Source: an uncultured archaeon
GTDB lineage: Archaea > Asgardarchaeota > Thorarchaeia > Thorarchaeales > Thorarchaeaceae
Length of the DNA stretch: 64,000 nt
Reading direction: 5' to 3'
Assembly: GCA_964610875.1 (NCBI GenBank)
Contig: CAZSWP010000002.1
Location: 32,001-96,000 of the forward strand
The notes below the pieces were generated by a model. The model searched no databases. It saw only the letters and a list, made by a program, of their open reading frames with translations, and was not told the origin of the DNA. The position numbers and the translations under genes were made by a program. Below are positions 58,432 to 64,000 of the stretch, one piece after another. Within the stretch, counting starts at the first letter, position 1. Each line of letters begins with the position of its first letter.

Positions 58432-58938
58432 TCATAATACCCGTACCATTCGCAAGTTTCCATCTTCCATTCGTTCCAGTACTTTGAAACCAAGTCTCTC
58501 GTAAAACCGCTTTAGTGGAATTCCACGTTCATTGACTTCTTCAGTGTCTAAGAGGATCTGCTTGTACCCTTTGGATTTAGCCCAGTTGACCAAAGACCAC
58601 ATGATTGTCTTTCCAATACCTTCTCCCGTCACCCGCACTGCAATCGTATCGAGATAGAATGCATCCTCTAAATCATAAGAAGTATATCCCAATACGACTG
58701 CAAAGGGAGAACCATCTACAAAGATGAAAAAGAATAAGAGACCTTCTTGCTCAGTTCTTCTCTCCAGCTCATCAGGAGTATATCTCAGCTCAGAGCGAAA
58801 TGCAGCTTGTTCAATATCACAAAACCATTGGTACGTTTCACGAAAACCTCCTGAATAGAACTCCATTGATATCTTACTGCAGGTATCTTCTTCGATTTTG
58901 TTACGAAGCGTACGCCATATGTGTTCTTGCGAAGTCAT
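58432..58938 (-). CDS. GNAT family acetyltransferase
   Basis: YLDTIAV..GEGIG, LKRFYERLGF. Confidence 0.8.
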   Translation of the reverse strand: MTSQEHIWRTLRNKIEEDTCSKISMEFYSGGFRETYQWFCDIEQAAFRSELRYTPDELERRTEQEGLLFFFIFVDGSPFAVVLGYTSYDLEDAFYLDTIAVRVTGEGIGKTIMWSLVNWAKSKGYKQILLDTEEVNERGIPLKRFYERLGFKVLERMEDGNLRMVRVL

Positions 58939-58956
58939 TTGATATGCTCCTACTCT

Positions 58957-59946
58957 CTATAACCCATAGCGACTTCTTGCAGAGTCAAGTAAACGATGTA
59001 TGAGTGTATTATATGTGTAACCACCTTGTATAGCCATATAGGGGTAAAAAGAGATATCCTTGTTTTCCAGGTCAAAATCCATTCCAGGTAGTGGATTTAT
59101 CTCCAGAAAGTAAAGATTTCCATCTTCGTCCATTCTGTAGTCGACTCTGGCAAAATCAGGAACCATGAGATGTTTACAGATATCAATTGTAATTCGTTCC
59201 AGTTCAGCTCGAATCACTTCCGATATCTTTGCAGGACAGATATAATGGTCCAGTTCCTCGTAAATTGTCTTTGCACGTTGACCAAAAACTCCACCCACTT
59301 CATGAGGTAGAGTTGAAAAATCAACCTCGAGAACGGGAAATACTTCGAAACCCCCATCAGTTTTGCCAAGCACGCCAACACTAAACTCACGTCCTTGGAT
59401 AAATTGCTCTAGAAGGATCCCTTGTTCGTATTCATCGAGCATTTGTTTGAGTTTCTCTGCAAGTTGTTCTTTGTTATGTACAACATTGTCTTCATTGATG
59501 CCTATGGAAGATCCTTCCTCATTTGGTTTCAGAATGAAGGGGTATTTCAAAGATATATCCAGAGCCTCTTCCAATGTTGTACAAATATGGAAGTCAGGAG
59601 TTGGAATTCCGTGATATGCTAGTATCTTCTTTGTCCACCCTTTATTAAGACAGACAGCAGTGGTCAGTACATTGGCACCAACATAGGGAACACCTAGCAT
59701 TTCAAGAACAGCAGGCACATGAGATTCCCGACTTTCTCCCCGTATTCCTTCAGAACGGTTGAAGACCAAATCAGGCCATACCTCTTTGATGTGCTCGACT
59801 ACTTTATCATCTGCTTCAATGAATACATACTCATTTCCTGATGACTCTATACCTTGTTTTATGAGTTCAATAGTATGAGGGGGGTCATATTCTACTTCAA
59901 ATTCTGACCCACTCTTTCGGGTATTCACAATTAGTGCAACGCGCAT
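58957..59946 (-). CDS. D-Ala-D-Ala-ligase-like ATP-grasp enzyme
   Basis: PDLVFNRSEG, RESHVPAVLEMLG, LKPNEEGSSIGI, EQFIQGREFSVG, ARVDYR, LEINPLPG; start ATG 59946. Confidence 0.85.
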   Translation of the reverse strand: MRVALIVNTRKSGSEFEVEYDPPHTIELIKQGIESSGNEYVFIEADDKVVEHIKEVWPDLVFNRSEGIRGESRESHVPAVLEMLGVPYVGANVLTTAVCLNKGWTKKILAYHGIPTPDFHICTTLEEALDISLKYPFILKPNEEGSSIGINEDNVVHNKEQLAEKLKQMLDEYEQGILLEQFIQGREFSVGVLGKTDGGFEVFPVLEVDFSTLPHEVGGVFGQRAKTIYEELDHYICPAKISEVIRAELERITIDICKHLMVPDFARVDYRMDEDGNLYFLEINPLPGMDFDLENKDISFYPYMAIQGGYTYNTLIHRLLDSARSRYGL

Positions 59947-60007
59947 TTCAATACCAACGGAAATCCATAACAAAATTTGCATAAAACTTTGATACTGTGT
60001 CCACATT

Positions 60008-61369
60008 TTACAATTCAAATGACACAATTTCTTCGCGATATATGGACAACACATCTTCTCGTAGGGATTCAGGCACACTGATTGGCTCATAGATTGAAAT
60101 AAACCGTTTCCAGAGTTCATCCTCTCGTGCTTTGGCTTCATCATAAAGATCAGACTTTTTGAATTCCTCGATTAATGATCCATGATTTCCCTTCTTTGCC
60201 GCGCAATATAAGCCAAATAACTGCTCATCATGTGCAGTCTCCGTATTAGCATATGTTAGTTCAGACCTTCCGCCAAATAAAGTGAAGAATTTTTGATGTC
60301 GTGATTCTAGCATGTTCTCCTTAAACCCAACATCTTTTGGATTCATACCACTTGCTGCACAGAGCAAATACATCTTTGCGCATACCGAACAATCATGACA
60401 CCATCTGTAGTCCCTACCTGATTCGGTTTCTGTAAAACAAGACATCTGATATTTTGCTATCTCTGGATATCTATGAACTAGTATTCGCTGCACCATCATA
60501 TCCATTAGAGGTTCAATCAAACTACCCGTTCTAACACTACCTCCAGAGAACAATCGTGTCATTTGATCAATATGTATAGTCCACTCATGTGACTGATCAA
60601 AGCAAGGATGAATTGTCCATTCTTTTTTTGCATCCATATAGGTTTCTGATGTTGTCTGCTCGTTCCCAAAAAGAATGTATCCACCATTATATGCATAGGC
60701 AAAAGGTATGAACTCTAAAGCATATTCAGTGGACTGGAGACCCCAACCGAACTCGGATTTTGGAAGTCCGAGATGAGAATAATCTCTGAGCTTTCCAGTA
60801 TCGTGATGTAGGATATGGACAGTCTTTCCGAACTCCTTCGCAAACCCTTCTGAAAGTAACCGTTTGTGTTTTTCTTCATAAGTCAAGGATTCTTCAATCA
60901 CGTAAACAACTTCTGGTTCAAGGCCGAGTTCTGCAGCAACAGCATATGTCAGAAGGCTGTCCTTACCAAAACTCATACCTATAATAGCTCTCTCAGGATT
61001 ATCCACAGGAGTTGATGAGGGAGTTGTCATAGATCCCTCATTGAAGGCATAAATCGTATTGTAAAAACGTCTAATAGCATCAGATGTATCAGTCTCATCC
61101 ACGTCGGTGCATGAAGGAATATCTTTTACAAAATTCTCATAGAAATAGGCTTCAAGTATTGGACGAGGTGTGTCGTATTTGATATAGTCATCTTCCAAAA
61201 CCAAGGGCAGATGCATAGTTGTTGCTAAAGCAAGATTATCACGAAGCGCAAGTTGTGTTTCAGAAGGGAGTCTATTCCATTCTTTGGTGGGATATTCAAT
61301 AGCATAGTCCTTTTTTCTGAATGTTACGACTATACCTGATGAGAAGTTTTTGCTTTTTATTTCAATCAT
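60008..61369 (-). CDS. MurL-like PP-loop ATP-dependent enzyme (peptide epimerase-like)
   Basis: SFGKDS PP-loop, FGNEQ, SC...RWCHDCSVC resemble the MurL motifs GGKDS, SNE, SCN, WCxxCxKC. Confidence 0.6.
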   Translation of the reverse strand: MIEIKSKNFSSGIVVTFRKKDYAIEYPTKEWNRLPSETQLALRDNLALATTMHLPLVLEDDYIKYDTPRPILEAYFYENFVKDIPSCTDVDETDTSDAIRRFYNTIYAFNEGSMTTPSSTPVDNPERAIIGMSFGKDSLLTYAVAAELGLEPEVVYVIEESLTYEEKHKRLLSEGFAKEFGKTVHILHHDTGKLRDYSHLGLPKSEFGWGLQSTEYALEFIPFAYAYNGGYILFGNEQTTSETYMDAKKEWTIHPCFDQSHEWTIHIDQMTRLFSGGSVRTGSLIEPLMDMMVQRILVHRYPEIAKYQMSCFTETESGRDYRWCHDCSVCAKMYLLCAASGMNPKDVGFKENMLESRHQKFFTLFGGRSELTYANTETAHDEQLFGLYCAAKKGNHGSLIEEFKKSDLYDEAKAREDELWKRFISIYEPISVPESLREDVLSIYREEIVSFEL

Positions 61370-61455
61370 CTTTCTATTTACTACCTATATGAAGCAGCAG
61401 ATATTTGCATATCTATTTTGTACTTCAATTAGGTGTAGAATTGCTGACAATGCTT

Positions 61456-64000
61456 TCATTCGTTTATTAGAACTTCTGGAAGCCCTTTCATCTTCTGAAC
61501 ATCTTGAACCTCTTCACTTATCACTAAATAGCATGTGAGAATCGCAGATTCCTTAGGTTTGAGTACCTTTAGATGCGATATTTGAACCCTTTCAGCTTGC
61601 TCACCCCAATTACTGAATTCAAGGCTCTCCTTTCCTTTCAGAGTTGAGATTACACCCAAAACGGTCTTCTCATCTGGGTCTTCAAAAGCAACCCAACTTC
61701 TATCCATAGGAGCAACAGCATGCATCTCGTTTTCAGTAGGTTCATATTTTCGTATCCTCCCCTGATGAACTGCGTGTATTATTGGTTGAGAAGATTCACC
61801 CGGCTGAGGAAAGCCGTGAAATCCTGAATAGACTGTTTTTGTTATCTTACTTGTATTCGTAAGATTGATACTCGACCTCACAATAGGAATACCGGGAAGT
61901 ATCATATACTGGACTTTTGCGGTCATTCCTTTGATGCCAGGACTGTGCTTGAATAGACTTTCCAATTCATAACCAATCCATGGGTCATCACGAATCTGTT
62001 TAATTGACCATTCCTCTTTTCTTAGGGCTGATTCCCAATCCCATACTCCTGCCCCAACGAAATATGGAGTGACACCAGAATAAAACTTGTCCCACCATAG
62101 GAATGGACCATTATCTGGAAATCGATCCAGCAAAACACTAGCTTCATCAATCATTCCAAAGCGAGTCAGTGCGGCTCGATATTCAGGACATACTTCAATT
62201 GAATATTCACCACTCTCTAATACATAAGCAGTCATTTCTTCATGTGAGTCTTTTCTCAATATCTCATCGATGTTTTCATCATATGCAATAACTGTAAGTG
62301 GAGCCCTTACAATTCTACTCGGAAATTCGATATAGGTTTCGCCACCATAATGCAACCATCCATCAGATTCCTGTTTAACTTGGAACCTAATCTTCTTTGA
62401 GAATGACTTCTGAAAACCAATCTCACCGATTTCGAATTTAATTGATGGTTTCCCTTCTACAAGTAGACTCTCTGGAACAGAAATCTCAACACTTGCACTG
62501 GTTGGAGATTCGTGTGGAACTTCTATTATAATCTCAACCTCGGACTCGCCTTTTGGAAGAATAATCGGGCTTTCAAGTTTGTATCTCTGCCCTGAAGTAT
62601 TCACATAAGAAACGTCTAAATCAGGTTTGAACTGAATTGAACCTTTTATCAGAGGTGTTTCACCTGTAAGACGCGCCCAGAGTGCTCGGACTTTTCTCCA
62701 AGATCCATCACTCACGAGCATACTGAGAAGCTTTTTCGTGTAACTCTCACCAGGGGTTAAATCGGGTATCTTGTATTCAAACCGAGACATACCCCACTGT
62801 CTTCTTGGACTCACTTCTACAAGGTCCTTGGAATCCCATACATATCCTATTAGCATCCCATTTCTATGGCCTTCAATCGCTGTCCACTCTTCATGGTAGT
62901 GCTCTGCTTTCTTTGGTAATTGTCTTCCACCAGTCCATTCTCTTGACGTGAATGAATATATTTCACCATTTAGTGGAACATACATCTGTTTGCCATGGAC
63001 CTGTAGCCATCCGCCAAGTCTTATGCCCAGATTACTATGTGTATAAGGACCAGTATTCTCTACTTTCGTAGTAACATCAATGTGTTCTGTCCCAGCATGA
63101 ATGCGGTATACTGTAGTCACTTTGAGGCCGAGGCGTTCTTTTGATTCACCTCTCAAGATGATTTCAGAATATCGTTCAGAGGATTGAAGATCTATGTCAT
63201 ACTGCATCCTATCCCATTCGCTTCCATTCGATGGAAAGGGATATCCAATGTCCGGAAGCAGGCACCATCCACTTATGTAAGAGTCGAGAATTTTCGACTC
63301 AATTCTCGTGAACATATTGGGGACATACTTTGACATGATGGCACGGAAACTCTCACTCTCTAGGATGTACTCATCCTCAACCCCTTCGAATGCGTGGGAA
63401 CCAGATATCCCAATCACAGGTATGTTGAGTGGTTTTTCCACTATCTTTGTCCTCTGGTCTTCTGATATTGAATAGATTGAGATGTTGCTCTCTAAAAGCT
63501 TAGATTTCGAAGAAGAGTCAGATTCCACCGTGAAAGCAATTTCAGTCCCACTATTCTCATTTATTGATACCTCCTCCTCAATAGGTTTGGAGATTCCATC
63601 TTTGGAGTGTGTAATCACTATTACTCCATTGAAAGTTGACTGCATGTTGTTCTCAAGAGATATACGGATCTCTTTTGATTCACCTGGAGTTAATGAAGGA
63701 TGTTTTGGAAATGTACTGACTTTCACAGCATGATTTGGAATTAGACCGCTGAATAGTGAGAACGATTTACCATTCAAAACTACAGACCACTCAACTTGAC
63801 TGGTTGCTTTTTCATCAGCTAAACGAAGACGATCAAGATGTCTTACACCAAAGGGGATTGAATATGTCCCAGTAATCACATGTTTCTCTCCCTTTGGAAC
63901 CCTACCACTCAAAGCACCTCCAATTGATAATCTGATATCATCTGATGTGTTTGTTGTGACCGTGTACGAAACATCATCTGTGGTGTTGTTCGATATTTGA
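61456..64000 (-). CDS. Large hypothetical beta-rich protein (Ig-like and mutarotase-like domains), 5' end outside the window
   Basis: The frame stays open from the TTG at 63912 to the window edge (…QISNNTTDDVSYTVTTNTSDDIRLSIGGA-LSGR). Confidence 0.75.
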   Translation of the reverse strand, partial: QISNNTTDDVSYTVTTNTSDDIRLSIGGALSGRVPKGEKHVITGTYSIPFGVRHLDRLRLADEKATSQVEWSVVLNGKSFSLFSGLIPNHAVKVSTFPKHPSLTPGESKEIRISLENNMQSTFNGVIVITHSKDGISKPIEEEVSINENSGTEIAFTVESDSSSKSKLLESNISIYSISEDQRTKIVEKPLNIPVIGISGSHAFEGVEDEYILESESFRAIMSKYVPNMFTRIESKILDSYISGWCLLPDIGYPFPSNGSEWDRMQYDIDLQSSERYSEIILRGESKERLGLKVTTVYRIHAGTEHIDVTTKVENTGPYTHSNLGIRLGGWLQVHGKQMYVPLNGEIYSFTSREWTGGRQLPKKAEHYHEEWTAIEGHRNGMLIGYVWDSKDLVEVSPRRQWGMSRFEYKIPDLTPGESYTKKLLSMLVSDGSWRKVRALWARLTGETPLIKGSIQFKPDLDVSYVNTSGQRYKLESPIILPKGESEVEIIIEVPHESPTSASVEISVPESLLVEGKPSIKFEIGEIGFQKSFSKKIRFQVKQESDGWLHYGGETYIEFPSRIVRAPLTVIAYDENIDEILRKDSHEEMTAYVLESGEYSIEVCPEYRAALTRFGMIDEASVLLDRFPDNGPFLWWDKFYSGVTPYFVGAGVWDWESALRKEEWSIKQIRDDPWIGYELESLFKHSPGIKGMTAKVQYMILPGIPIVRSSINLTNTSKITKTVYSGFHGFPQPGESSQPIIHAVHQGRIRKYEPTENEMHAVAPMDRSWVAFEDPDEKTVLGVISTLKGKESLEFSNWGEQAERVQISHLKVLKPKESAILTCYLVISEEVQDVQKMKGLPEVLINE

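Noticed and set aside
59947-60144. Cys-rich N-terminal extension of the Ddl-like ORF
   Set aside because: It overlaps the MurL-like gene; the family N-terminus begins at MRVALIVN (59946)

Overview
A gene-dense archaeal chromosomal segment. Its content points to an Asgard archaeon, probably Thorarchaeia (inferred, not searched): a Rab-like GTPase, longin, gelsolin-like and Vps62-like proteins, and archaeal Por/Ior oxidoreductases. Housekeeping content includes iorAB, porCDAB, a nitrate/sulfonate-type ABC importer, thyX, galT-galK-GH38, a hisGDCBHAFI operon lacking hisE, and nadB. I saw no rRNA, tRNA, CRISPR array or transposase. The most notable elements are: (1) a ~16.4 kb operon-like cluster (40855-57287) encoding an ABC-2 permease, an ABC ATPase with a duplicated N-terminal extra domain, a membrane-anchored subtilase plus GIFT-domain protein with site-1-protease-like architecture but lacking its catalytic Ser, a second ABC ATPase that must start at a non-canonical codon, a 2252-aa surface protein (FG-GAP propeller, TSP3 repeats, TM helix, cytoplasmic appendage-like domain) and a TPR protein; (2) two tandem homologous structured RNA units in front of the his operon, each with its own promoter and a 5'/3' closing stem; (3) a fusion of a beta-propeller, an appendage domain and a Rab-like GTPase; (4) a cluster of MurL-like, Ddl-like, GNAT and PLP enzymes; (5) an unannotated 45-aa four-Cys gene flanked by hairpins. 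All family assignments come from motif recognition by eye; no database searches were run.
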